From Oopsacas minuta (lineage: Eukaryota > Animalia > Porifera): DNA of 64,000 nucleotides. Each line of letters opens with the position of its first letter. Position 1 is the first letter of the stretch. Location of the stretch: NCBI GenBank assembly GCA_024704765.1, contig JAKMXF010000221.1, forward strand, positions 62,001 to 126,000, given 5' to 3'. The notes beneath the pieces are model-generated. The model was given only the letters and a program-made list of their open reading frames with translations. It made no database searches and was not told the origin of the DNA. The position numbers and the translations under genes are program-made. Of this stretch, positions 23,701 to 33,654 are shown piece by piece.

Positions 23701-25778
23701 ACCAGTTTCAGGGGAACATAAACACCCACAAGTAACAGGACAATAACAACTCATCATGGCTGCAAATGTCACCTGTCTACTGTCTGTCACTTTACCTAGA
23801 CTGTCTCTGAGAACAGCTTGACACGAATAGTTAGCATTTATGTCAAGAGTGACAGATACTACAAACTCGACAGTACGTGAATCAGAGGGATTGAGCTCAA
23901 AAGAACGGTCTCCTACAGGTAACACAGCATCATCACAGTTCTCTAGCGATAGCATGAACGTACTAGTAAGGTGACCGCTATTAACTACGGTAACCTTAAC
24001 CTCACCACCCCCTCCAAATGCATGGAAATCCTCTGCATTAGCATCAACAATACGACCAGTAGCAACATTTAGGACATAGCTCACGTTACTAGCTCTGAAC
24101 TCAAGACGTATCTCTGTCGTATGAGTTTCCTGTAGCAAATAACGCAAGTATGTTTTAGAAATCTTTCCATTCTTCTGAGAGACCGTAGATTTTAATTTAC
24201 CGTATGCTGAGGGGAAGTAGATGGGGTTCGTCTTGTTACCCACCGCCCATTTGTCACGTTGCCATATAATGAGAGGAGAGAATTGGAAACAAGAACCCCG
24301 GCTACGGTAACATTTTCTAGGTTGAGATACAAATGCTCTAAACTCAGAACCAAGCTTGTTACAAACATAACTATTCCTCTCGTATCTCGAAGCATCGACT
24401 AGCAACCATTCTCTAGCTCCAGCCTTTACCTGCTTGTGGTTTAGTTGGTTGCTCCGTGGGGTAGGAATAAGCAATATTTTAGAAGACAGGTCAGGTAGTG
24501 TACTGGTCAGGAATAAGCTACCTACACCCTCTACCTTGATGTCAGCAGTAGTTTGCATCAATCTAGATACTCCTATCGCACTAGATAGAGTAGCAGAGTC
24601 CACAGTCTCCCACTTCCCTGTTCCTTTACCGGATCTACGTTGTACCTTAACTTCAATATTATATCTTAACATTGGTGGCCCTGGTTTGTAAACTGAATAC
24701 CATAAGGGGGAATATCTAGGACAGTATGAGATACTACGTTGCCATATCTCATAAGAGGTAAGCTTACGAGAAAATCCCCGTCTATATCTTCTTTGTCCAA
24801 ACCTCTCATCAAATGTGGGGTTGCAACAGAAACCTTTGCTGTTTGGTATCATCTTTCCCTTGAGAGTTTTCTCACCCGGACACATGTCCACATTACACGC
24901 ACTGAGCGGGCTCTTCTTAATTAGTAATGGTTGAGATTCTCTCAATTGATTGTTGACATATTGACGAAGATATTTTAGCGGGTAGTCATAATGCACTGCA
25001 GATTTCCCAACAATAACTCTATACGGATCTAGGAGTCTTATCGATTCTCCGGTTTCATCTTTTGTATCTCTGATGTGGACCATTAGACGAGAGCCTTTAG
25101 CATTGTTAGATTTAACAGCTAGTACTATTACAAATGTGGATTTACAATCGTCAGTAGAAACAGTCATTGAGGAAGTACGTCTGTTGCATATTTGTACCTG
25201 ACTGTTGGAGATGATAGAACAGATGATTGGGTTAAGATATGTAATCAATAAGATAAGTAAGAAGTAAGAACGAGTAATATTATAACTCATTTGTTAAAAT
25301 TATAAGCTATCATGCAAATATTATGTAAATATTGAGAATAAGAAATAATTTATGAAAACTAACCGTGTTTTTCTTTGAATACCAGAAGTTTTTGATTGGT
25401 TCGTTTCAGTGCTTCTTTCAGCTCTTTTGATAGAGTATCTCTCTTTGGAAGAGAATTTACTGGTCTCTGTTTATTATGGAATTCAGTTTTATCAACCTTA
25501 TCAAGACAAGATGCAACTTGTAATGGCATCTCTCCCTGAAAAAATATTACCTCAATCTCTTTCTTTTTGAAATAGAATAATGCGGCTAATAATCCACAAA
25601 CTATCCCTAGGATAGGAGATACAGGATTGTACCTATTGCTTGACTCTTCATTTTCATTTTGAGAGAATTTCCTCTGTGTAATAATTGGATTATTTTTCAA
25701 AGAGACTGTTTGTGTGAGAATTCTGTAATTTGCTGATGATATATTTATATGAGGTGATAGCTTGGAGTAAACAAACAT
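20797..25778 (-). CDS. LACTB: Serine beta-lactamase-like protein LACTB (mitochondrial); exons 25778-25364, 22019-21676, 21611-20797
   Basis: The phase-1 intron 25363-22020 (GTTAGT...CTTCAG) joins ...KLLVFKEKH|G|IPGISAAVSIDGK..., matching LACTB ...IKDEVGAPGIVVGVSVDGK. SxxK (ASISK), YST and HSG motifs are present. Confidence 0.93.
22158..22302. repeat. Tandem minisatellite, five copies of a 27-28 bp unit
   Basis: Unit CA(A)ATTAATGGCAGTGTATGAGAGCATA repeated head-to-tail with no spacers. Confidence 0.95.
23155..25290 (-). CDS. HAP2: HAP2/GCS1 gamete fusogen (class II fusexin), intronless, 711 aa
   Basis: Signal peptide; SKGFCC; YCPRYSPLWYSVY; WLLVD...CNKLGSEFRAFVSQPRKCYRSRGSC (HAP2-GCS1 domain); Ig-like domain III (VTVVNSGHLTSTFMLSLENC); TM helix followed by a basic, Cys-rich tail. 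Confidence 0.9.
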   Translation of the reverse strand: MSYNITRSYFLLILLITYLNPIICSIISNSQVQICNRRTSSMTVSTDDCKSTFVIVLAVKSNNAKGSRLMVHIRDTKDETGESIRLLDPYRVIVGKSAVHYDYPLKYLRQYVNNQLRESQPLLIKKSPLSACNVDMCPGEKTLKGKMIPNSKGFCCNPTFDERFGQRRYRRGFSRKLTSYEIWQRSISYCPRYSPLWYSVYKPGPPMLRYNIEVKVQRRSGKGTGKWETVDSATLSSAIGVSRLMQTTADIKVEGVGSLFLTSTLPDLSSKILLIPTPRSNQLNHKQVKAGAREWLLVDASRYERNSYVCNKLGSEFRAFVSQPRKCYRSRGSCFQFSPLIIWQRDKWAVGNKTNPIYFPSAYGKLKSTVSQKNGKISKTYLRYLLQETHTTEIRLEFRASNVSYVLNVATGRIVDANAEDFHAFGGGGEVKVTVVNSGHLTSTFMLSLENCDDAVLPVGDRSFELNPSDSRTVEFVVSVTLDINANYSCQAVLRDSLGKVTDSRQVTFAAMMSCYCPVTCGCLCSPETGMSTKPTLPLNSTANTTANTSLDMSMLQSECFSSESLYSLNITYVRPPCYICFLIKQMQDPVKIIVTIITLLLTLGVLKMLVEDCLCRDKERRRRRFVDSFLGSKSKYHKRHQVSENTVDWFLGACFFLYLPCLVCIAPLCRIIIRKKREKRDKLREDLNKYRTGVKKYLKISKSKKELIED

Positions 25779-25871
25779 CTAAAACATAATTAAGTAGAAT
25801 TGTAGATTAAATAAATTTCGAAATTTTATACCTGAAGAAGAAATGATAAATAACTAGAAAAGAACAAAATA

Positions 25872-26111
25872 TTATTTTAATTTTTTTATTCTTTCTTCTT
25901 CTTCCGTCCAATCTTTGGGACATGGTTTGAGCCCTTCAGTTCTTCTCTCAGATTTAACTTTATTCATCAATTTCTTACACTCCCTGTATGCACGGAAATA
26001 TTTCTGACATTTTGATGGATCATAATTTGATTTAGACATACAGTTGTAAGATGCTTGGGCTTCTTCAGCACACGGGTTATTCCTGGGATCATTGAGTCTG
26101 TTACTATTCAT
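25872..26111 (-). CDS. CHCHD7: Twin CX9C protein CHCHD7/COX23
   Basis: LNDPRNNPCAEEAQASYNCMSKSNYDPSKCQKYFRAYRECKK...RRTEGLKP. Confidence 0.9.
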   Translation of the reverse strand: MNSNRLNDPRNNPCAEEAQASYNCMSKSNYDPSKCQKYFRAYRECKKLMNKVKSERRTEGLKPCPKDWTEEEERIKKLK

Positions 26112-26409
26112 TTAATCCAACTACTAGAAGTGTAACTAGTATGGAAAATTGATAATATTCTTTCATAGCCTACCTCAACTCACATTACTCTTACTATGTT
26201 TTGCATGTCCGTCGTGTTTTAGCTTAGGTCTTATGTTGCACTTTGACACGATTACGCACTTACCAAATATTTGCGTTGTAGTATCTACTAGCAATCATAT
26301 TTTAGTATCCTGGCCTGACCGCTCACCTTTTATGGGCTTCCGCCTTCCGAGTTCCGACGGCACTTCATACATCTACCATGATTATTTTGATTATATAACT
26401 AGCTTATTG

Positions 26410-26814
26410 CGATCAATGATCGCAGGATCACGATCGTTATCTATTTTTGACGATCGGAAGATGATCCATCGCTGATCTTTCTATAAACAGTAATCGAATG
26501 GAAGATCGCGATCATTTTTCCCGAAAAAAATTCCATCATATTTTCGATCGTTTTAAGCAGACATTATTTTACATTCGCGAATCTAGATGCCAAAATGTAT
26601 AATTGTATTTACTAATTTTCATGGTAATCGGACTGGTATATTTCGCATGGCCGCGCGGACGGACGGATGCACGTGACAGAACATCTACCTATTTGAGGTG
26701 CTTATTAATTTCATAAAAGTGATCGTGAACGGAATCGCGATCTCCGGTCATTTTTTAATGAACGATTGTGATCATGATCGCGATCATTAATTTGGTGATC
26801 AACTAATGCCCACT
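26410..26814. mobile_element. GATC(G)-rich degenerate foldback/MITE-like element
   Basis: Dense GATC/GATCG motifs. The left end AATGATCGC..GATCACGATCGTT mirrors the reverse complement of the right end (AATGATCGC...GATCACAATCGTT). Confidence 0.45.
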
Positions 26815-26868
26815 TATTCTGGTATGTTTAAGATAAGTTAGGCCCCAGATTTCATTTTGTCTTGTTGG

Positions 26869-27023
26869 TAGAGGGGCCGTATGGATTACGGATAATGGAT
26901 GTCATGATTATAATCCTTAAAATTCATAATCCATTTGGGATGGATTTGTATTTACAAGGCAAGGGCGGGGGTACAACCCCATATCCATTTGGATTATGAT
27001 TTTAATCCATCCGGCCCCCTCTG
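26869..27023. mobile_element. hAT-type MITE (155 bp)
   Basis: TIRs TAGAGGGGCCGTATGGATTA vs reverse complement CAGAGGGGGCCGGATGGATTA; 8-bp TSD CTTGTTGG / CTCGTTGG (7/8). Confidence 0.75.
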
Positions 27024-27254
27024 CTCGTTGGTATTGGTACAATCTTTAGCGAGACGGTCGAATATGGGAGGGGCATTTTCTAGGCTACTATTTCAAGTCA
27101 ATATGGAAATAACTTTATCCGAATACGCTTGTAAATTGTAAAATTCTTAGTGTTCAGTGCAGTGCATTACGTATACACTGAAATACAAACATGGCAGTCT
27201 AGGCAGCATTTCATAATTTATTATCAGTGCGAATACTTCCCTCGCGTTATTTAT

Positions 27255-27425
27255 GGGGCTGTTCAAATCTTACATAACGCAAAATTCCGTAAATTTTGCC
27301 CTCTCCCCTTCCTATGTCATTATGTTGACCTCTTTTTATACAAAATGAATGGGGCTGTAACCGGCTGTCACACTTTGCATACAACCCTCTCCCCTTGGTA
27401 GCATTACGTAACGTTTGAACGGCCC
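27255..27425. mobile_element. MITE, possibly PIF/Harbinger-type
   Basis: TIRs GGGCTGTTCAAATCTTACATAACGC vs reverse complement GGGCCGTTCAAACGTTACGTAATGC (20/25); TAT flanks both sides. Confidence 0.6.
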
Positions 27426-27477
27426 TATGCATACTAACTCTACTGTTTCTTCTGCCCCTTTTTCATAGCCTATTCAC

Positions 27478-28455
27478 ATGGCTGATTATGAACCTTCTTC
27501 TTCCATTGAGGAATCAAGTGTTTCTAATATCCTAGTGCATAGGATGTTCCATGGCTGCATCGCTGGATATAAATTAGAACTATTATTGCATGACGATATA
27601 GAGTTAGAACTTGTTTGTCAGCTGTGTAATGGTATGCTAAACGAACCCTTAGAAACTAGTTGTGGGCATGCATTCTGCTCTCACTGCATTGAGATCTATT
27701 CCCTGCAGACACCTGGGATTGTGATTTGTCCAGTAACTGGTTGTTGTGAAGTGTTGCCAGATATTAGTGAGTTGAAAGCTGGACATATTCTGTCGAAACT
27801 TGTCAAGAAACAAAAATTTTCTTGCCCCTTCAAAGGTTGCCTTTGGATTGGTCAATGTGATGAGGCGGGGCAACATGTAGCTTCTTGTTCTCAGAAAAAA
27901 CCTACCTGGGAAATAATACAAGGCCTCGCTTATCAGGTGAATGACCTTGCTACTAACAATTCACAGCTGATCAAGACTATACATAGCTTAGATAGAGAGA
28001 TTCAGTCGATGAATAATCCAGCTTTCTATTGGAAGATACATCATGTTTCAAACGCTGTGTACGGAAAATCAGAGCTATTCAGTCCTACCTTCATGACCGG
28101 TAAATGTGGTTATCAGGCCTGTCTGCATGTTTATATGGGAGGGAATTCTATCGGGAAAGGCACTCACATATCGCTCTACCTCCAATTACAGCTCGGTACT
28201 AACAATGATATATTACCATGGCCTGTCAAATGCAAATTCCTTATTTCGCTTATAAACTTCGCAAAAGATGAACACCATTACACACAGAGTGGGAAAACAG
28301 AGTTTGATGGGACCGGGAAGGGTGTGGGCTATCCAAAATTCATCAGTTGGAGGGACTTACAAAAGACTGAACCAAACAAGAAGTTCTTACTGAATAATTG
28401 TTTAATCCTAAAATGCACACTCACTTCTGATTCTCATATAGCTAACTTGAAATGA
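27478..28455 (+). CDS. TRAF-family protein (RING, Zn finger, short coiled coil, MATH), intronless
   Basis: CQLCNGMLNEP..CGHAFCSHC..CP RING; CPFKGC..W...H..C Zn finger; MATH motifs FYWKI, FSPTF, GTHISLYL, LPWP, GYPKFI. Confidence 0.9.
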   Translation: MADYEPSSSIEESSVSNILVHRMFHGCIAGYKLELLLHDDIELELVCQLCNGMLNEPLETSCGHAFCSHCIEIYSLQTPGIVICPVTGCCEVLPDISELKAGHILSKLVKKQKFSCPFKGCLWIGQCDEAGQHVASCSQKKPTWEIIQGLAYQVNDLATNNSQLIKTIHSLDREIQSMNNPAFYWKIHHVSNAVYGKSELFSPTFMTGKCGYQACLHVYMGGNSIGKGTHISLYLQLQLGTNNDILPWPVKCKFLISLINFAKDEHHYTQSGKTEFDGTGKGVGYPKFISWRDLQKTEPNKKFLLNNCLILKCTLTSDSHIANLK

Positions 28456-29227
28456 ATAATTTTAGGTAAATCTTTATTTATTGTAACTTTCGATTTATTT
28501 AGTAATATTTTTACTGATTATTTAAAAAAATCTTTGTATTTACATTCTCGTTACTTATCATTTCCCATCTGTAACAAATCAGTTTAGAGAGCTGGGAATG
28601 AATTCGTATACAGCCCTTATCCTCTTCATCTCTGCTACCCCTCGCTCTATTCACGATGCGAATTATGTCACTACGTCTTAGAGTGTGCGTTCCCTCCTCT
28701 CCCTATCTAGGCGGTGGTTTCTGGTACAGATGGAGATCGCCTCCTTCTGCAGAAAGAATATCATTTCCACCTTCACAGGGATTGCACATAGAATTAGAAT
28801 CCGAGCAATATCCGCTCGACCCTTTACTACAGTCATGATCTTATGCTTCTATACTTTATCTATCATAATATGATAACTCTATTCTGCTTAGAATACCAAT
28901 TATACGTACACTAATGGTTAATGTTAAAGGGGCACTACCTGGTGGATTCCATCCCTCGCTTGTTTTATTGGCGTTAGCTCTAATATTCCATATAATACAA
29001 AGTCAAGCGTGCATGCTCAGTATGTATAGTAGCAATAGGAGGAATGTTGCATGATGTTTAATTAGATATTTCTTAAACTAGAGACAATATCGGATGTAAG
29101 TGGATTTATACACATTATGTAACTCTTCTCCTATAGCTAATGCCATCAAACAGCCACATCCTCCGACAATCGCCACTCAAAACACACCATCCAACACTCC
29201 AGGAGGCCAAGATCAGATCCCAACTTG

Positions 29228-29340
29228 CCACGTAACGATTGTAACGAATCCAAGAAAGAATCCCAAATTCTCTTCTTATACTCTCTATTAGTGAAGAGAA
29301 TTTGGCATTCTTTCTTGGATTCGTTACGATCGTGACGTGG
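29228..29340. repeat. Near-perfect 113-bp inverted repeat (48-bp arms, 3 mismatches, 17-nt loop)
   Basis: 29228-29275 CCACGTAACGATTGTAACGAATCCAAGAAAGAATCCCAAATTCTCTTC pairs with 29293-29340. Confidence 0.95.
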
Positions 29341-30126
29341 ACTCTGTGAGCATGTACACTCAACTTTTTAATACCTCAATATTTACTTCAGGGATGCTAG
29401 TATCAAAAAATTGGTGAATTTGTGGAGTGAATAAATTGGTCTAAAGCTATGAGGGTCGATCAGCTAATGATAAGGTGGCTACCAACACCCATGTAAAAAG
29501 GTTGAAATTCAAAGTAAATATTTGCCAATTACACATTATAAGAACTTACTAAACATAATTGTATATATAATGCTGGTAGCAGTACACGGTATATTGTATG
29601 ACGTTACTGTATCAGCTAATTCCATCCTGGAGGCAAGACTCTCCTTAAGAATTGTGGAACTAATGCGAGTGGTTATTTCGACAGTATAAGAAGTGGTATG
29701 GGACATACTACTCTGATTAAGGAGAGATTGAATATTCTAGCTGTTGGGATTGAGAGAATACGTTTTTATAATAGCGAATGAATTTCTATTTCATTGTGTT
29801 TTAGGAATAATTCTCTATTGAAGGTTTAACCACCTTTTAGCTTATGTTAAGCCTTAGAGAATTTTAATGGTAAATTATTATATTATTTATGTTTATGATA
29901 ATTGTCTTAATTATGAGTTAGTTTGTGGGGTTTGAGGTGATTTCATTGGGAAAAGAATCTTTTACCGCAATTTGTGCGATTCGGATTATCCATATTCTCT
30001 GATTGTTCAATTTTGGGGCCACTGTGGTCTGAGCCAACTGACTGGGACCACGACAATATTATATTTTAGATTACACTATAACCTGAATAATATATCTGTC
30101 ATAGTACATTATACGTGTATCTGTAT

Positions 30127-31502
30127 TTAAGAAATCTTAAGCAGTTCGTTAAGCTCTTCGTTAGTGAGATCTTTCAATTCACAAACTTCAGTCTCATTTT
30201 CTCTCATCTCATCAGCTACTTCCTCAACTACTTCAATATTCCATTCATTATCTTTACTAACTTCTTCTAATTGTATCGATTCGTCTTGTTGAGGAAGAAA
30301 TATATTATTTGACATACAGTTTTCCGAGTTTTTTATTACTTCTTCCTGCCTCTGTAAACACAGCTTAAAACTGCATTTAGGATTTGGCTTAAGACAGTAA
30401 GAAGAGAAGAAATCTTGAATAGAATTATATGCCAATACTTCTGTACACTTCCCGAAACGTAAAATATATTTAAGTGCATTCTGTACTAGCAATCCTGCAA
30501 TGATAGCAGATGTAGTGGGTAGAGAAGCTACACACACTCCTTCCTTCTTCAAACTAGCTTCTAGTCCTGTGGCTACTACCAGAGGAGGAGCACAAGCAAA
30601 GCAGGCTGTTACTCCCGGCACTATGAATTGAATATGACCAGATACCGCATTCTCACTGAGTCCAGACTCTAACCAGGGTACCCGTGCTTCTAGACAGAGC
30701 TGATTGATTGACATACGAGCTGAGAAGTTGTCCACACAACAGAGGACAAGTCGCTGTCTGGAGGGTGTATCTGATTGTATCAATGACAAAATGATGTCAT
30801 AGTTGTCTAGGTTAGTCACATCTAAGTTAAACCCACTAACCTATAGTTATCAATTTATTATGTGGTCCACGCATATATAGTTAAATTTCTTATGTGAATT
30901 ATTAATACTATAAGAATACCTTAACATCTGAGTTGATAATAGTCAGACTCTGTTTAGCAGCCTCCACTTTAGTCATCCCGCTATGTTCTGGTCTATAGAA
31001 CATCCTGTTCATGTTAGCTAGTTCAACACTATCATGGTCTATGAGGATTAGTTCTCCTATACCACATCTAGATAGCATCTCTGCTGCTACTATTCCAATT
31101 CCTCCTACAGTGTATTATACATTAAGTCCCCTTAATGAAAGTTTCCAGTGTATAATATACGTAAGATCTCTTCCAGTTGATTAAATAGATAGATATACGT
31201 ATATGTACCTACTTACCAATTCCTATAATTACGACAGAACATTGTATGATCCTAGTGTAGTCTGAAACCACTCCCATCTTCTGTAGTGCCATCAATCGAC
31301 TGTAACGATTTTCACTGTTTACCTCTCCTGACATACTTCTCTCACACTCATTTGGTATTAGATTGCTGCTTAGTGAGTTTTTGGGATCTTTCATTTGTTG
31401 CATTTCCATCTCTAATTGTTCATTTTCACGTAATAAATTTTGGATTTTTTGCTTGCATGCTCTTAGCTCTTCTTCCAAACCATGTGTAGTAGGATTATCC
31501 AT
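30127..31502 (-). CDS. UBA5: UFM1-activating enzyme E1, multi-exon
   Basis: [18 protein letters not shown]|[45 protein letters not shown], catalytic [11 protein letters not shown]. Confidence 0.96.
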
Positions 31503-32005
31503 TTTTTGGCTAAACTTTTCTGTAAAATTAGTTATGTTGATTCACTTAGATTAACAATAAATATTGAGAGTTTAAATTCTTATTTTATTCGTAAATAATT
31601 AATAGCATATTTAATCTACTCACACATTCCTATACCAAAATACAGTGTGACCTTCGCTTTATCCGGAGTTCGTATTAACCGTGTACATGTTAGCTATCTA
31701 GTTTTGTTACTTTAAGCTAAGTTTCAACGAAATTCATAAAAAAATGCCTTACTTTTTTATTTCTATTACAAATTTTTCCACATTCCTCCTACACCAGTTT
31801 AGTTATGTCTATAATTTATGATTCTATACACATTCCAGACTGTTCTTCTTTTTTTGCTATCATAATTGTCCAATACTTATTCCTATTTGATGTTATATAT
31901 GTATAGTTATATCCCGCCAATGATGCTAAATATTATTCAGCAGGATTAACTGCACGTGCTGAGTAAGTATTCTCAAAACTTATTCGTATTTTTCTGAAAT
32001 TTGTT

Positions 32006-33358
32006 ATGATTAATTCTGTCCAATCCAACGCTAAGATTCCTGCTCAGGGATCTCAGAGTACTGCAGGTATTGATTCACCCGTATTTGATGTAAACCAATT
32101 CCTCTACAATAATGATCCTTTATTTGACACAAGCTTTGATGGCATTCTGAATTCTTCTCCTGTCCCTCCAGAGAATGGGACAGAAATAGAATCAGGTGCT
32201 TTTAGGCCTATATCGCCACCTATCTCTAAAGCACAATATTCATTCATTGACCGCAGTGAGAAACGTCAGCACTCCCAACTTAAGCCAGTTAAAGCACAGT
32301 GTACATTCTCTCCAGTCACTCCTCAAATTAATACATTTTCTCCTCCTGCATTGAACTCTGATTCTTCTTATGAACACTTATCTACCCCGTATAATACCAT
32401 GTACATGACTCCTAATGCTAACCACTTATGTAGAACTCACAGTCCTGAGCATATAATGCATGGATTGTTTCATTCTCCCATTACACAGGACCAATTATTG
32501 TATCCCAATTCTGAGTATACTTGTTATAATCAATCGTGTCCTCACCACGTTACTACACACTCTACGCCTATCTACCTAGCTTCTCGTTGTATTTCTAAAT
32601 ATGTACGTCTTCCTGTTGATTCTTGTGAATGTCCCTACTCTCCCGTTGTAAATAGGAGGGGAGTACCTCAACCAAATGCAAGTAAAGTCAGTCTAACTCC
32701 AAATCAGATAACTTGCGTTAGACCACCACCCCCTGTTGATCAGTTCAGTACCCCCACACTCAGTCAAAATAACTCAAAGAGAAATAATTTTATACAAAAT
32801 TTTTCACCAAACGATCTATCACTCCCAAACTATACTAACTGTACAACTCCAGCCTTCAGGAACTGTGAATTTGGGAATATGTATCCAGAGACTAGATCAG
32901 CTGATTCATTCACAACATTAAGTAGTCAAGGACTGTATGATTCTTGTGTTTCTACTCAGGAAGAAATCTCAAATTATCAAGAAGAATCTATTTTATCATC
33001 TCAACTCTCTTCTTACTCACAAACTCCCGTGATATCAGACATATCTTCACAACTCACAGATCAGTCATCTTTGGAAAGTTTCTTACCTAAAACTACTGTT
33101 ATCAATAATGAAGAATATTTAAATAATCGTAAGAAGAAAGAGAATAAAAAGCGGAACAGTGAGAGAGAACGGACAAGAATTCGGCAAATTAACAAAGCCT
33201 TCAAAGACTTGGGAGATGTGTGTTGTTTCCATATGAACGAACGTGCACAATCTAAAGTAGCCACTATAGAGCAAGCTCTTGTATTGATTCAGGAACTACA
33301 ATATCGGATAGCTCAGAAGAAGGCTTCAGAGAGTGAATCACATACCCAGTTATCATGA
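32006..33358 (+). CDS. Class I (E-protein/daughterless-like) bHLH transcription factor, intronless
   Basis: C-terminal NSERERTRIRQINKAFKDLG..C..H...AQSKVATIEQALVLIQEL resembles the TCF3/4/12 bHLH. The N-terminus is S/P-rich. Confidence 0.82.
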   Translation: MINSVQSNAKIPAQGSQSTAGIDSPVFDVNQFLYNNDPLFDTSFDGILNSSPVPPENGTEIESGAFRPISPPISKAQYSFIDRSEKRQHSQLKPVKAQCTFSPVTPQINTFSPPALNSDSSYEHLSTPYNTMYMTPNANHLCRTHSPEHIMHGLFHSPITQDQLLYPNSEYTCYNQSCPHHVTTHSTPIYLASRCISKYVRLPVDSCECPYSPVVNRRGVPQPNASKVSLTPNQITCVRPPPPVDQFSTPTLSQNNSKRNNFIQNFSPNDLSLPNYTNCTTPAFRNCEFGNMYPETRSADSFTTLSSQGLYDSCVSTQEEISNYQEESILSSQLSSYSQTPVISDISSQLTDQSSLESFLPKTTVINNEEYLNNRKKKENKKRNSERERTRIRQINKAFKDLGDVCCFHMNERAQSKVATIEQALVLIQELQYRIAQKKASESESHTQLS

Positions 33359-33654
33359 CATCAGATAAAGGGTCGATTTAGATAACTTTATAACCCTCCC
33401 TACATAGTACTTGATATATTTTTGTTATTAATTATGAAATTGATTGTTAGAAATTTTCTACTTAATTCTGCTTCCTTGACAAAGAATAAATGTTCTACAA
33501 TATATGTATATAAAGATTCATTAAATTACCGTAAACCTCTTATGTATTGGGAGCTTAGAATCAGCTCAGAGAGGTACGCCTTAAATACAACTATATTTTA
33601 AACAATTATTATAAAACTCTATAGTAGCATAATTGAGATTAGTTAGTAAAGTTA

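Noticed and set aside
23155-25290. HAP2 ORF as an endogenous viral class II glycoprotein
   Set aside because: It carries HAP2/GCS1-specific motifs and there are no flanking viral genes or LTRs.
26149-26475. 108-aa + strand ORF
   Set aside because: It has a non-ATG start, runs into the GATC-rich repeat, and shows no homology signal.
28600-29220. Possible coding or retroelement remnant between TRAF and the hairpin
   Set aside because: It is slightly GC-richer, but all frames are short and I recognised no RT, integrase or other motif.
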